Origin: Octopus bimaculoides
Taxonomy: Eukaryota
Direction: 5' to 3'
DNA length: 64,000 bases
Assembly: GCF_001194135.2 (NCBI RefSeq)
Contig: NC_068982.1
Location: 169,596,581 to 169,660,580 of the forward strand
Shown: positions 48,960 through 62,200 of the stretch, one piece after another
Position numbering within the stretch: the stretch's first letter is position 1
How the letters are laid out: every line of letters begins with the position of its first letter
Notes under the pieces: model-generated
What the model saw: only the letters and a program-made list of their open reading frames with translations
Told to the model about the DNA's origin: nothing
Database searches by the model: none
Position numbers and translations under genes: made by a program

Positions 48960-49960
48960 AACATTAAAGGAAACGTGTCTTTCCAAAACAGGTTGTGTGC
49001 TACTTGTAGCTGGTATGAAATTCTCAATCTCTAACCATTTTTCGAACCATATTTCATTTGACTGAGATCATCTAAACGGTAACATGACAACATGTTTGCA
49101 GTATCATATGTGATCTTCATATCTAGAGACCGGAAGAGATCACTCGTCTGTGATTCTTGTCCGGTTTAGCGGAACTTATGTCTTTGGTATTCTACTCACG
49201 AACTGCCGTGTTTCGGAAATGTTCCACAATGATATTCCTAGCAGGGATCTTTTCATGTGTCGCTGTCAGACGTTATTCTTCTTTCTTCGTAGCAGACCAT
49301 GTCTCATTTGCGTATGAAAGCGTCGGATGGACAGTGCTGTTGAAGATATTAGCACGCAGGCTGCTTTGAACACATGTTTAATCGAAGCAAACATTTTCCA
49401 CTCTGCTCTTACTCTGCACGAGATTTCAACTGTCTGTTCCAAGATGTACTCTTTCACTTCCCCAATTTCATTGCTTTTCACTGCTGTTTACCTTGTATTA
49501 CGTTTTCGAACGATATGCATTTCGTCCGCAAGTGATTTAATTTGAGGCCCGCTGCTGTACACTGAATATCCAGTGTTGTCGACATGGTTTGCCGTTGATC
49601 TGAGATTTCTACAGAGAGCACGTTGTTATCTGCGAATCAGAGGTGTGTTAACGGCTTATCATTGATGCTGATACTTCTTTTCCCATCAATGTATCTGATG
49701 ATCATTCCGAAACATGCAATGATGCGTTTTGGAGAGATGCTATCATCTTATTTAACGCTCTTTCCGATTGGAACACTTAGGAATGCAGCAGAGTTATATC
49801 GGTTGTGCATCCTGAGTTCTCGTACCTGATCCTTTTAATGTATTGTGCCTGGACTACTTGCATTTTCAGGAAACCTCAGCTCTTGAGTCAACTCGACGTT
49901 ATCAAAGATAACGATCAAGTGACTTTATCAAAGGCAACGCTAAAGTGAATATGTGGCATA
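48960..49960 (-). mobile_element. Degenerate RTE-clade LINE RT/C-terminal fragment
   Basis: Minus strand: ISINDKPLTHL*FADNV (cf. LRFADDIV), AGLKLN..RTK, EVKEYI, EISCRVRAEWKMF (cf. EI.RRIRAGW.AF), STAL, and a downstream ANMLS trace (cf. AGHVAR). Confidence 0.8.
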
Positions 49961-50028
49961 CTCTGCTGTTCTTCAGGCAACATCCTTCCTCTCTTCGCTC
50001 TTGGTCGTCAAAATGTTTCGATAGACTG

Positions 50029-50077
50029 CATACATACATACATACATACATACATACATACATACATACATACATAC
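50029..50077. repeat. (CATA)n microsatellite directly upstream of the R4-like LINE
   Basis: Read directly. Confidence 0.95.
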
Positions 50078-51800
50078 AATGTTGTTATATGGTTGTGAAA
50101 AAGGGGAAAACTATAAACCAGACTAGTAACATCTTCACCAATGACTTGTCTATTTCCCCTTATCTGACGAGGAATGTTACAGGTATCTAGTGGTGGATGA
50201 AAATATATCTTACAATAGCACCTGTAACAAACATGTGTCACTAAAGAATATTATAGCCGAATAAAGAAAAAAATTAAAATCTCAGAACTCCCAGCATTCA
50301 ATAAAACAGTGGCCCACAATGTGTTTGCAGTGCCAGTACTCATATCAACATTTGAGCTGTTTGATTGGACGCTTGATGAGATCCGAGCCATTAATGTGAA
50401 AACCCGAAAAATACTAACAAGCACGCAAAATTTCCATATAAACAGTGACGTAGACCGCTTCTACCTAATGCGAAAACAAGGCGGCAGAGGTTTAACATCG
50501 ATCCAAAATGCCTTTGAATGTTACATTATATCCCTTCGACATCTTTTAACCACCAAGTGTTGAAGTGCATCTCCTGACCAAGTTTGCATACATGAGGCTG
50601 ATAACATCATAAGACTTGGAAGGCAGCTCCTTGAGCAACACTCTTTGATAACCTAGAATACATGTCCAAAAAGTCGCGCGACTCTACCGCAACATATCAT
50701 CAGATGAAAGGATGAGCATATTTGAGCAGAAGATTATGCATGGATATGTTATAAGAAAGCTCTGTGATGATAGTAACATGATTATCAAAGCAGTTTATCA
50801 TGGACCAATAGCCAGATTATTACCTCCCACTTTGAAAGGTATTTGTTTGCAATCCAGGAACAGGAAATATCAACCAAGTATCTGATGCACAAAAGGGATA
50901 GAGATGCAGGAAAAGCCGTTAAACGTGACAACTGATGCAAACTTTGTGGAGTTCACAGTGAAGATATCACCCACATCGTAAGCAGTTGTCCGAAAACGTC
51001 ATCACGGTATTATATACCGATGAGACATGATGTAGCTAGGACGCTCTATAATGAAATCCGTCGGAAGGCTAATCCTGAGGACAAAGAAATGAGAACCCAC
51101 AATATGGTAGAAGCCATAGCCACTCATAAAAAAGGGAATACTGGTGGAATGTACCAGTGAAGACCCCAATGAAATGCAAGCACAATAGTCTTGATATAAT
51201 GATTTGGGATAGAGAAGAGAAACTGTGCACAGTTGTGGAAATTAGCTTCCCAACGAATTTTAGCATAAAGCTGAAGATCAGTGAAAAAGAGAACATCTAT
51301 GCTGAACTATTGAGAAAACTGCAGTTACTCTATCCAAATTGCAAGATCAGTTTTATACTTGTAATTATTGGGGCCCTGGGATATGTAACACACTGCCTAA
51401 ATACCAATCTTGAGAAATTAGGCTTCACTAACGCAGAAAAGAGAAAGCGAATTCGAAGAGTACAGATCCAATCCATCACTGGAACTGTAAAAATCTGTAA
51501 AACTTTCCGGAAGTTTATCATTTAAATATATAGGAGTATGCTTAGATATGCAACTATATGCATGAGAATACATACATACATCATAAAAATCTGCACATAC
51601 ATACATACATATATACATACATACATATATACATACATACATACATACATACATACATACATACATACATACATACAAAGTACCCAGCTCTTGATGTCGA
51701 AATTCCAATGAAGGAGCCTTTATAACCGGTTCTTTCTCTATTGGCAAGAAATTTTGAAATAAACCGAATAATGACATATGTACATATATACATGCATGCA
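50078..51800 (+). mobile_element. 5'-truncated R4/Dong-like non-LTR element with a restriction-like endonuclease, copy 1
   Basis: RT thumb region CCYMVVKKGK, YYSRIK, NVFAVPVL, DVDRFYL.RKQGGRGL; CCHC knuckle CKLCGVHSEDITHIVSSC (50936); MRHD; EYWWN; degenerate REL KHNSLDIMIWD...VVEIS; IIGALG; stop at 51523-51525; 3' UTR with an internal (TACA)n. Confidence 0.9.
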
Positions 51801-51870
51801 CACATACATACATACATACATACATACATACATACATACATACATACATACATACATACATACACACATA

Positions 51871-52255
51871 CTGGGATATGTAACACACTGCCTAAATATC
51901 AATCTTGAGAAATTAGGTTTCTCAAAACCACACAGGAGAAAGCTAATTCGAAGACTACAGATCCAATCCAATCACTGGAACTGTAAAAATCTGTAAAACT
52001 TTCCGGAAGTTTATCATTTAAATATATATGAGTATGTCTAGGTATGCAAGTATATGCATCAGAAGACATACATAAAACAAAACAAACCTGCACGTATATA
52101 TACATACAAAAATACCCTGTTGTTGATGTTGAAATTCCAATGAAGGAGCCTTGGATCTAGGTTTGAAACCGGCTCTTTCTCTATTGGCAAAAAATATTGA
52201 AATAAAACTGAATAATGGCATACATATATAATACATACATGCATACATCCATACG
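51871..52255 (+). mobile_element. R4/Dong-like LINE 3' end, copy 2 (same subfamily as copy 1)
   Basis: Near-identical to 51376-51525 (CTGGGATATGTAACACACTGCCTAAAT...GGAAGTTTATCATTTAA), followed by a homologous 3' UTR; preceded and followed by CATA repeats. Confidence 0.92.
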
Positions 52256-52830
52256 CTAAAAAGACTGTCCTGAAATAAACTTAGAAAATCATTCATAAAC
52301 ACCAACTCAAGGAATACTGGTGGAATATTCATTCCTATCAAAACTTCTGTCAAATGTAGGCTTAACAGGCAGGATATTGTTGTTTGGAATAGAGAGGCAA
52401 AGGAATGTACCATCATAGAGGTTAACTACCCTGCAGATATCTCTGAAAAAATCAAAGAAAAAAAAGATATCCATGGATAACTGCTTCGAAACTCTCAGCT
52501 TCTATATATCCAGACAATAAATTCATATTCATACCAATAATAATTGGCGTACTGGGCCTTATTAGTAAATGCTTAAAGGAGAATCTGGATAAACTTGGAT
52601 TTTCAGAAAGAGAAATTGACCGGTTGATTCGTACATCTGTGAGCGGAACAGTAAAAATATGAACGAATTTTCTCAAGTTCCACATGTAAATTTGTCTGCG
52701 TTAACTACATCCCAAAGATGGAGCCTTGCATCTTTGTTGGAAACCGGCTCCCTCCTCAGTGGAAGATTTATAATAATTAAAAAATAGAAGAGGCATACAT
52801 ATACGCCAGCCTGCATGCCAACCTACTTAT
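52256..52830 (+). mobile_element. R4/Dong-like LINE 3' end, copy 3 (diverged subfamily)
   Basis: KEYWWN.., KCRLNRQDIVVWNREAKECTIIEVNYPAD, IPIIIGVLG, NLDKLGF, SGTVKI; stop at 52687-52689; homologous 3' UTR stem GGAGCC/GGCTCC. Confidence 0.85.
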
Positions 52831-53010
52831 GTATATATCAAGCTATCAATATATTCTTCTATCTGTCTATATAATCACAGCTACATACTCATCCATCATA
52901 TCTATCTATCTATCTATCTATCTATCCCCCTCTCTTTCACTTTCTCTCTCTCTCTATATATATACACATACATATAAATAAATATATATATATATACATG
53001 CATGCATATT

Positions 53011-53066
<56 letters not shown>

Positions 53067-53206
53067 CATACATACAAACAAACATACATACATATATAGA
53101 CTCCCGCCTGCCTACCTACCTACCTACCTACCTACTTATATATGTATCTACCTATCAATGTATTCCTCTGTCTATCTATATATACAAATCTATCTATCTA
53201 CCCATC

Positions 53207-53265
<59 letters not shown>

Positions 53266-53300
53266 CTCTTTCTCTATCTCTATCTATATTTATATATGTA
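52830..53300. repeat. Compound microsatellite field (TCTA)n/(TA)n/(CCTA)n/(CT)n
   Basis: Read directly. Confidence 0.9.
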
Positions 53301-56089
53301 TATTCCATAGGTTATTTCTTTCTTTGAATGCATATCGGCAACTACGGAAATGCTTATTTGGCATTTTGTTCTTGCGTCACAAATCCAGTTTCGTACAAAC
53401 CTCTTTCTATTCTTCATTCAGAGCCATTAGTGGAGCATATTCTAAGAATACGTACATTGTGTAAGTTCCTGTTCCTCTAAAAGAAGTTCTCTATTTCCAC
53501 TTCTTCAATTAGTATACATGTTATCACTACGTACAGGTACATACTCATGACGACATACATACAGACATGTACACACATGAACACATACGCACACACACAC
53601 ACATACATACACATACACACACACACACACACACGCATTCACAAACGTATTGGCGCACGTATAATGGACATGCAAAATTACATATATATAAGTGCGCTGA
53701 GGCAAGTACATAAAAACAAATGTATATCTGGAGTAATGGAGTAATTTATATGCACATGCGTATATATATATATATATATATATATATATNNNNNNNNNNN
53801 NNNNNNNNNNNNNNNNNNNNNNNNNNNNNNNNNNNNNNNNNNNNNNNNNNNNNNNNNNNNNNNNNNNNNNNNNNNNNNNNNNNNNNNNNNNNNNNNNNNN
53901 NNNNNNNNNNNNNNNNNNNNNNNNNNNNNNNNNNNNNNNNNNNNNNNNNNNNNNNNNNNNNNNNNNNNNNNNNNNNNNNNNNNNNNNNNNNNNNNNNNNN
54001 NNNNNNNNNNNNNNNNNNNNNNNNNNNNNNNNNNNNNNNNNNNNNNNNNNNNNNNNNNNNNNNNNNNNNNNNNNNNNNNNNNNNNNNNNNNNNNNNNNNN
54101 NNNNNNNNNNNNNNNNNNNNNNNNNNNNNNNNNNNNNNNNNNNNNNNNNNNNNNNNNNNNNNNNNNNNNNNNNNNNNNNNNNNNNNNNNNNNNNNNNNNN
54201 NNNNNNNNNNNNNNNNNNNNNNNNNNNNNNNNNNNNNNNNNNNNNNNNNNNNNNNNNNNNNNNNNNNNNNNNNNNNNNNNNNNNNNNNNNNNNNNNNNNN
54301 NNNNNNNNNNNNNNNNNNNNNNNNNNNNNNNNNNNNNNNNNNNNNNNNNNNNNNNNNNNNNNNNNNNNNNNNNNNNNNNNNNNNNNNNNNNNNNNNNNNN
54401 NNNNNNNNNNNNNNNNNNNNNNNNNNNNNNNNNNNNNNNNNNNNNNNNNNNNNNNNNNNNNNNNNNNNNNNNNNNNNNNNNNNNNNNNNNNNNNNNNNNN
54501 NNNNNNNNNNNNNNNNNNNNNNNNNNNATATATATATATATATACACTGAGTAAGTCAAAAATATATACTAGATGATAAAGCCTTGTTTTTATGTGTGTG
54601 TGGTTTGTGATTATGCACTCCACTCCGAACATCACATTAATTTCTGCGCTTATGTTACCAAATTCAACTTGAAGTTTACTAATGGTAGGCAATTAATACG
54701 AGAAGACTTCGTGTTTTAAAAACCATAACTGTGCGTAATATCAAAGTGAAGTGGAGAGTGTCTGAAATTGGGTTTCCTATATTAACTGTCATTTCTTCAT
54801 CATCACTACATATCGATATCACATGCATCATCGTAAAGCCATTTATTGATCAGTATTCGATTTTCCTATACATAGTGAATAGTGAAGAAATTGCAAATTT
54901 TAGTTCAATTATTTTCATGTTCTGATGTAATAGTATCGGCAAAGTATTAGATTGGTTCGTCTTTCGAATATATTACATTGGTAACAGGGCAAAATGGAGG
55001 ATTAGTTTATAGTGTTTGGCTATATGTTTATATGTTACGTGGCATAAGTTGAATGAAATGCAGCGATCTTATTGAGCTTTCTGATTCGAATCAGCTTGAT
55101 TCTCTTAGATATCGTGTCTAGATACCACAATGTTACTGGTTAAGGATTGTTTGGGAATAGACCAACGTCTTGTTGTGCGGGGAAAGATATAATTATTTTT
55201 TATTCGTTTAACACTACAAAAACACGATTTTACGAGAAAACAGTGTGTGAACGGCCGTTTAACCCGCTAAAAATATTAATCAAATGCCCCTCAAATTGCA
55301 TGCATTTTAAATAACATTAGAAAATGTGATCCTGAGTGCACTGTGCCTATGAAAACTATGGTGATGCCACAGATGAAGTGCTTTAGATTATAAGCCTACT
55401 TGATCGGTATTAATTCAGATTAAAACAACGAAAACGTTAAATTCAAAATACGAATTTACCACCCAGGCCTCTATGGGTTGCGCAACAACTACGTTGTAAA
55501 GTAAAAATTTAGAGTATTAAAATCACACAAAAGATATTTAACCAAAAGAATATAAGAGCTGTCAAACTTCTTACATTCGTATCAAATCAAAAACTTACCG
55601 ATTTTTCAGATTTTTGGATTGGTGGCACAAAATTCTTGCACCTTCACCAACACTTCTAAGAGCATCGCCAGCAAGAGCAGGATCAGCAACAGAAAAGTAT
55701 TACTGTTTGCTACAACAATACTAGCAACGGCCGACAACAATATAACAATACCTTATTTTCCCATCCCCCAGGCGTTGATGATTACCAGCAATGGTTTAAG
55801 GAAAATCAAAGTCTAAAACCTTTTAATACTTTCCTATACAGAAGCAATATGTTTAAGTAAGTATGCTTATGCTTCAATTAATGCTTGGGGCTTAGATGTA
55901 AGAAAGATGTAAAATACTTACAATACCAACTGTTTCTTGATTACTGGCCAAACATTCACCGTAATAATATAAAAGCAAGAATACTGAATAATTATTGAAG
56001 TCTTACAGACTCGATCCTCTAATGAGCATATATTTTGCAGTAAAAATGATTATTTTCATGCCTAGTCCTTTAAAATAAAGTATAGGAAT

Positions 56090-56990
56090 TATGCAGTCAA
56101 TCTTCTACCACAAGGTTCGATTATGCCCATTTCATTCTTACTCTTCTATATTGATGAACTGCTTGCTGTCACTTTTAACAACGCTCACTTTCATCTAACA
56201 TTGTAGATAGTACCACTCTTCACGCCCTTTAACTACCCGAACATTCATCCTAAACATCTCACTTCAAACTTACAGTTTCCATAGATATCTCGGTAGTATT
56301 CCGTCCGTCGTGTTACTTCCATCATTACAAAAACCCAGTCATGTTTTCTATTCTTGGAACATATGCAGTTAAACCAGAGTCACTTCAAATTCACAATGAC
56401 TACTTCTATCGTATTTAGATACCTCGTTCGCACTATCGTATAAACTGTGTCTCCAAAAATAACTTTCCTTTCAGATCCTGAAAATACTTCAGCCATGAAA
56501 ATTGTCTTCGAGCCATTATGGGTCTGATCTGAGACCCATATTGGAATGCTATTTCCCCATGTGGGACAGCGCTATTGCGCTATGTACACAATCTACCTCA
56601 ACAAAAGACCATTTGACTGATTGTAAAGGTGTTTCATTACAATCATTCACCACGCATGCCGACCTCAACACGAATACATACTGTCTACCTCATTGTCACT
56701 CCTCTACTGTTACTCTTCTACCCCATAGATACATATCATTTGTGCCATATCCACTGATACCCGTCCGACATATCCATCTTTTTGCCTCTCGTAACCCATT
56801 ATACGTCTTTTCTCCAAGGTTTCGCTCTAACTGTTCATTCAATCCTTCTTCTTCAGAATGTATAGTTTCTGGAAATCCACTACTAACCACTGTTCCCCTT
56901 CAGCTGTTGACTTGCATTTGTTCAACCGGAACATCAACCGCACCAATATCAAGGGTCTGGAAAAGCTCGCGAAAGTCTTAAGCTCAGTTC
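56090..56990 (+). mobile_element. Old CR1/Jockey-group LINE RT and C-terminal relic
   Basis: PQGSIMPISFLLFYIDELL (cf. PQGSVLSPTLFLLFINDLL), VDSTTLH (cf. ADDSTLH), LRPILECYFPMWD (cf. IRPILEYCSHVWD), LQS, and a C-terminal trace. Confidence 0.7.
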
Positions 56991-57292
56991 ATTCCTCTTG
57001 ACTAGCATCATAAAATGCGTTCAAAAGTAACACGTCGCAAAATATTCACCAATATAAACCTACCCATTAGTGGCAAGTATATCAAATTTATAACATCCTT
57101 TGCATTTCTGGAAGGTTTTATGATAGAAAAATTGGGTGGCTCCTAAACTTTTATTACAGAAGAGCATCGGAAAGCCTCATTGGAAAGAGAAACATTAACA
57201 TTATGAATGACTGAACATATATGATACAAAAAGGAGAAAAAACATGTACCACCATCATTGTTAAATAACTGCAGTTAAAACTGAGAAGAACC

Positions 57293-57296
<4 letters not shown>

Positions 57297-57389
<93 letters not shown>

Positions 57390-57411
57390 CAACAGCAGCA
57401 GCAGCAGCAGC
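57297..57411. repeat. Stepwise triplet tract (ATT)n-(AGT)n-(AGC)n
   Basis: Read directly. Confidence 0.95.
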
Positions 57412-58565
57412 ATATATAACATTTCCGGATAAAATAATGAGTTGTTAATCAGTTGAATATGACTACCATTATAGAAAGATAAATTTACATAACCTTAAAC
57501 AACAGTCATTATTACACGTACATTGATAGCTGAGTGGATAAGAGAATTATTACACTTCGTCTAGAGATAAGACACCCGATAACGATCGGAGGTCGGAGCA
57601 ATGTGTAAACGTAACTATTATCAATACACATTCAGTTAGTAGTCCAAAATATTATCATTGTATTTAATAAACAGATCACAGAGTTAACAGAAATGGTCAG
57701 GTACCGATATCTTTCTGAAGGCAATCAGTGGCATAAATGTAATAAGTTAAGTCATCTGTGAATAGAAACAGTGTCACGATAGTAGCTTGTCTCTTTAGTC
57801 GAGACAGAAAATTTTCTTTGATTATGACAGTTAATTTATATTTTCAGATATAATGTCAAGTCTCTCCGAACCTCGACATCATAAGTTTGTTCGATCGTGG
57901 CAGACTGCTGTCTACACAAGTACAAAAGCAACATCAATGATTCAGACAAACTAGCGAATAACATATTTTTGGTAACTTTGTTCGAGATGTTTTACAATTC
58001 TAAGTGTTCGTATCATAGAGGCAATGACTTTAGCCAAGGGATCGATTCACTCAAGTTTGTTCCATTTATACAAAAACTGGTTTTGTGAGTAAGAGAAATA
58101 CTCCTTATTGCTGTAAAATATTAAAAAAAAGAAACTCCGATGACATGAATTAATAAAACTTGAGGTTTGGTAACATACTAAATTTCTTCTCTGTTCTCAA
58201 GGCCTTTGCGAAAGATCCTGGTAGATTTCAAAGTACAATTTTCTGCACTTTCACTTATCTAGGTTTCACATACAATATCTCTCAAATCCATCTTCTTAGA
58301 CAGCAAAAATTACTTCATATCTCAAGGCCGATTCAATTCATATGTTTCCTGACAAAATGAGAACTCAATGACACTAAAGAACAACGCAAATAATTGCACA
58401 AACATTGATTCAAATAAAACTTGCAAGTTATATATATTTTTTATTCCTGCAGTACTTAATATTCCTTTACACTTGGAAACATTTTAATTCGATCAATCAA
58501 TGGTTCGACTACAATTATTATTGATTCGATTCATTGGTAGCCAGAAACTGTTGTGTTGATGCAGC

Positions 58566-58566
<1 letters not shown>

Positions 58567-58630
<64 letters not shown>
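58567..58630. repeat. (ATT)n microsatellite
   Basis: Read directly; another (ATT)n lies at about 59216-59255. Confidence 0.95.
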
Positions 58631-58633
<3 letters not shown>

Positions 58634-59214
58634 ACATAAATTGAAGAAGTTTGATCGATATTTCCACCATCAGATACATTCAAGGTTGACACACTGTCAG
58701 CAGTGTTATAAAACCATTGCTACCAGAATTGTGCATTTATTACTAGCAAAGACTTCAACAGTAGGGGTTTTGAAGTAACTTTGAGGTTAAGCACCAATCT
58801 CTATGTACAGTCAATATATGAGTCAATACGATTACTTTTATTATATCATTTTCACTTACCATTATTTCTTAATAGACATCGGGGCAAAGTTAATTTCCAG
58901 TTGATTTCTAGATTGAATCATTATTTTTTTTGTTTATCTATTTATTTTCTTACTCTTCATTTTCTCTTTGAAGTAAAAGTATAGAATTTAATTAACTTAG
59001 TGGCACTTAGAGCGCCATGGGAAGTGATGCTATCAGAAGTATTTTTATTAACCGTGACTTCAAGAAAAATATCACATTTGATAATTCACATCTGACGGCT
59101 AATACTCACAATGAACTAAATTTCTCTTGGTCTCTTCTTCTTCTCCTCCTCCACCTCCTCATTCTCGCTATCCTCAGAAACGACTGTTACCGTGATAACG
59201 ACGATGACAGAAAC

Positions 59215-59256
<42 letters not shown>

Positions 59257-62200
59257 CGATTATGTGATACCGTCTTGGATTTTCAAGTTGTGCTGTTCGG
59301 AATACATCTTACGTTGTTTTGTTGATGGTAGTGTTCCGTGAACCGTATCACTTCAGTGAAAGGAATAAATTGGAAGATAAAAAAGAAAAGGAAAAGAAAA
59401 AGGAGAATAATAAATAACAGAATAGGAGAAGAGAGAAAAAGAAATAGAAAAAGAAAGAAAACGAAAGAGAAATTTTTCATTTTACGTTAAGCTGAAAGAC
59501 TCTACACGTCGAACGACATTTAATTTCCTCTAGACGGTAACCAGTAAATAGGATTGAGTTACTGAAGGCCAAGCTAGATATTCTCTGTATTTTCTAAAGC
59601 AGATATGAACCTATATGACTGCACTATGATCTTGAATCAAATCTGTCCTCAATGAAGTTCGTAGATAATTTTGATTGGTTGTCTCAACGTATCAATTATG
59701 TATTAGCAATAGAAGTATATCATCTCTCTGATGTTTCAAATATATATATAACGTCGATACCTAATCTTATTTGTAACTAAATAAAAATCGATTCTTCTTG
59801 TCTAAAATTCAATTTTAGGACCGTATATCAAGACGATATCTCAATACTAGAGCACAGGGCAGGATCGATCTTCGATTCAGTATTTTAATAATCGAAACAG
59901 AGAGAATCAAAAGTGTTATCTTACTATCCGATATCTTTTATAATATATAAACAAAATTGTTCATTTATCCAGTTTTAAGTATCACAGCAGTGGTATGTTG
60001 ACTAACTGATTATGTGAGCTTCTTAATCTATCAGGCAAGTACTGTTGAACAAGACAGAATCACGAAAGACAATGCACGAATCGTGATACGAATTCAATCT
60101 TCAGCAGGACTCATTTGACCCCGTTGGCAAAGGAAATGCACATTTCATTTCCAAGCATTTACTCTTCTACAAAAATGTAACATCTTTATAAATATTCGGA
60201 TAAATATTTAGAGTTATATAACAACTCTATGTAAATAGTTGGTTGTTGCCATAAACTATAGAGGCATTGACTTGAAATCTGGGCATGATTCTGCATTAAA
60301 TTTCATCACGCGCGAACGTTGGAAATATCAGCTAACTCTTCCATATGAGTAATTATTAGAAAAGGAACCATTGAATAATGCAGCTTTGGATGTATGAAAT
60401 ATAGGATGACCACACATGGAAGGTCTTTACTCATAGGTCTACATAAAAAAGAGTTGAGCCGGAACTAACCAGCGGCAACAATTTCTATTCTTCTGTCATA
60501 CCAAACTGGGCCTCGACCATATATTAAAAAAAAATGAAACAAAGCACTATCCAGTGTTTTTGCGCAAAGCTGAAGGAAATAAAATGGCAGAATAAATGTA
60601 TTGAAGGATTTTTCTTTGTGTGGCAATATTGTGGGTTCTCACTTGTTTACATTTTATCGCCCCTTGGAGATGGTTACGGAAACTATAAGCTGAAGAAAAG
60701 TGTCGAGTGACTACATCCTTCACCTAAAGATATTGGCTTTCCTTCAAAGTAGGGAACTGTTTATTTATTACATTAAGGCTTGCTATTTTCATCCATGATG
60801 CTTGTCCAAGGTATGTCTTTGCTGGGAAGCATTTACTAATTATCTCATATGTGTATGTTACAATCATGGTAGAGTTTCTTTGAGACGTGATTACGGTACA
60901 CAAAGTCTATAATATGGTTTCAACTACTTTTAGTTAAACGTCACAGGTGTCATTTATCTCTTCTCAAAATATTTTACTCTTCAGTTCTATACGCAGTAGA
61001 CAATGAAGAGACCCCTCCAAGTCCCCTATAGTCCATAGGGCTTATAATTCGTTGACTGATATCCGAATGATGAACTAATGGTCTGTCCTGTGAAGAATGT
61101 GGATGAAATAACAGTTTATCACTATTTTACCCGCTGGTTACACCTTTTCCTTTCGTAAATGTTGCTTTGATAAATTCAGTTTATAAAATCGTTATTAAAT
61201 AGAAATAGATAAAAAAGTAAAATAAATTGCTTGTTTGCTTTAAAGGGAAAATAATTCCAACATTCCATGCAGATTCCTCACGCGAGAAAAAATATAATTG
61301 ATCATCTCAAAACAACAATTATAAATTAATCCGATTACTTTATATCGATGATTCTTACCCAAGTACATTAACACTAATTTAATCCCTTAGTATAATAGAA
61401 AAAAAGCAAATGTATATAGTTATATTCCAAGTTGCTGGTCGTGGTTTTACGCCATATTAGCTAAGATTTTACATTGAAATAATTTTTTGCAGGGAAAAGT
61501 TCATAAGCTTTGCGACTTTTGAAAGTTGTTCGTTTTAGCTCCAAACAGGAGCATTGCAATATACATTAGACAGTGATCAGAAAAATAATTTTGTCTAATT
61601 ATGTAAATTAGTACAGTATTTTGTAAAAATAAGAATACATACTCATACGAGCATACACCCACACATATAAGAAGAACATTTTATATTACGCTTTATATTT
61701 CTTTTAATATTTTTGTGACTTTTTATGAAGTTTGAACTATCTTCTTGATGGTTTAGACACAACAATTCCGAATGAATTAACATTCATGTACAAACTGTAG
61801 ATTTTCAGCAATTTTTAAAAGAATTTTATGCAGAATAAAAGTGAATTTATGGAGTGTAATAAACCAAGGTAAGACCGGCTGCAGTGGCTTGTTAACTACA
61901 TAATTATCTTGTATAGAGCGACTACACAGTCAACCCTTCTCTCTGTGCTGATTGTAGTAATAACTGTATAATCACTGAAGATATTTGTTACATAATCCTA
62001 GATTATACATACTAATTTTATATTACCCAAATCAAGAAACAATACATCAGTAATTAGGCATTTTAATTCATTAGTAAGTACTTTAGAAAATAAATTTCTA
62101 GCTTTACTTTAAAAGATGTCGTGTTGGAAACCCTTCCCAACATAGAATAAATAGGTCCAACGATTTAGTAGAAGCTTATTATTTTCAGTTCAGTGTCTTG

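Noticed and set aside
55598-55816. ORF 55619-55816 and the nearby minus-strand donor as an exon
   Set aside because: Degenerate CAA/GTT low-complexity composition; most frames are closed and there is no recognisable protein.
56517-56540. Perfect 9-bp hairpin TATGGGTCT/AGACCCATA
   Set aside because: It lies inside the decayed LINE coding region; a single 9-bp stem is expected by chance in 64 kb.
57848-58340. Unique-looking sequence after an acceptor-like TTTTCAG
   Set aside because: All frames contain stops within short distances and no motif was recognised.
60240-60800. Possible second mariner relic
   Set aside because: Only a faint NHLQG-like trace; no TIRs or ordered motifs were found.
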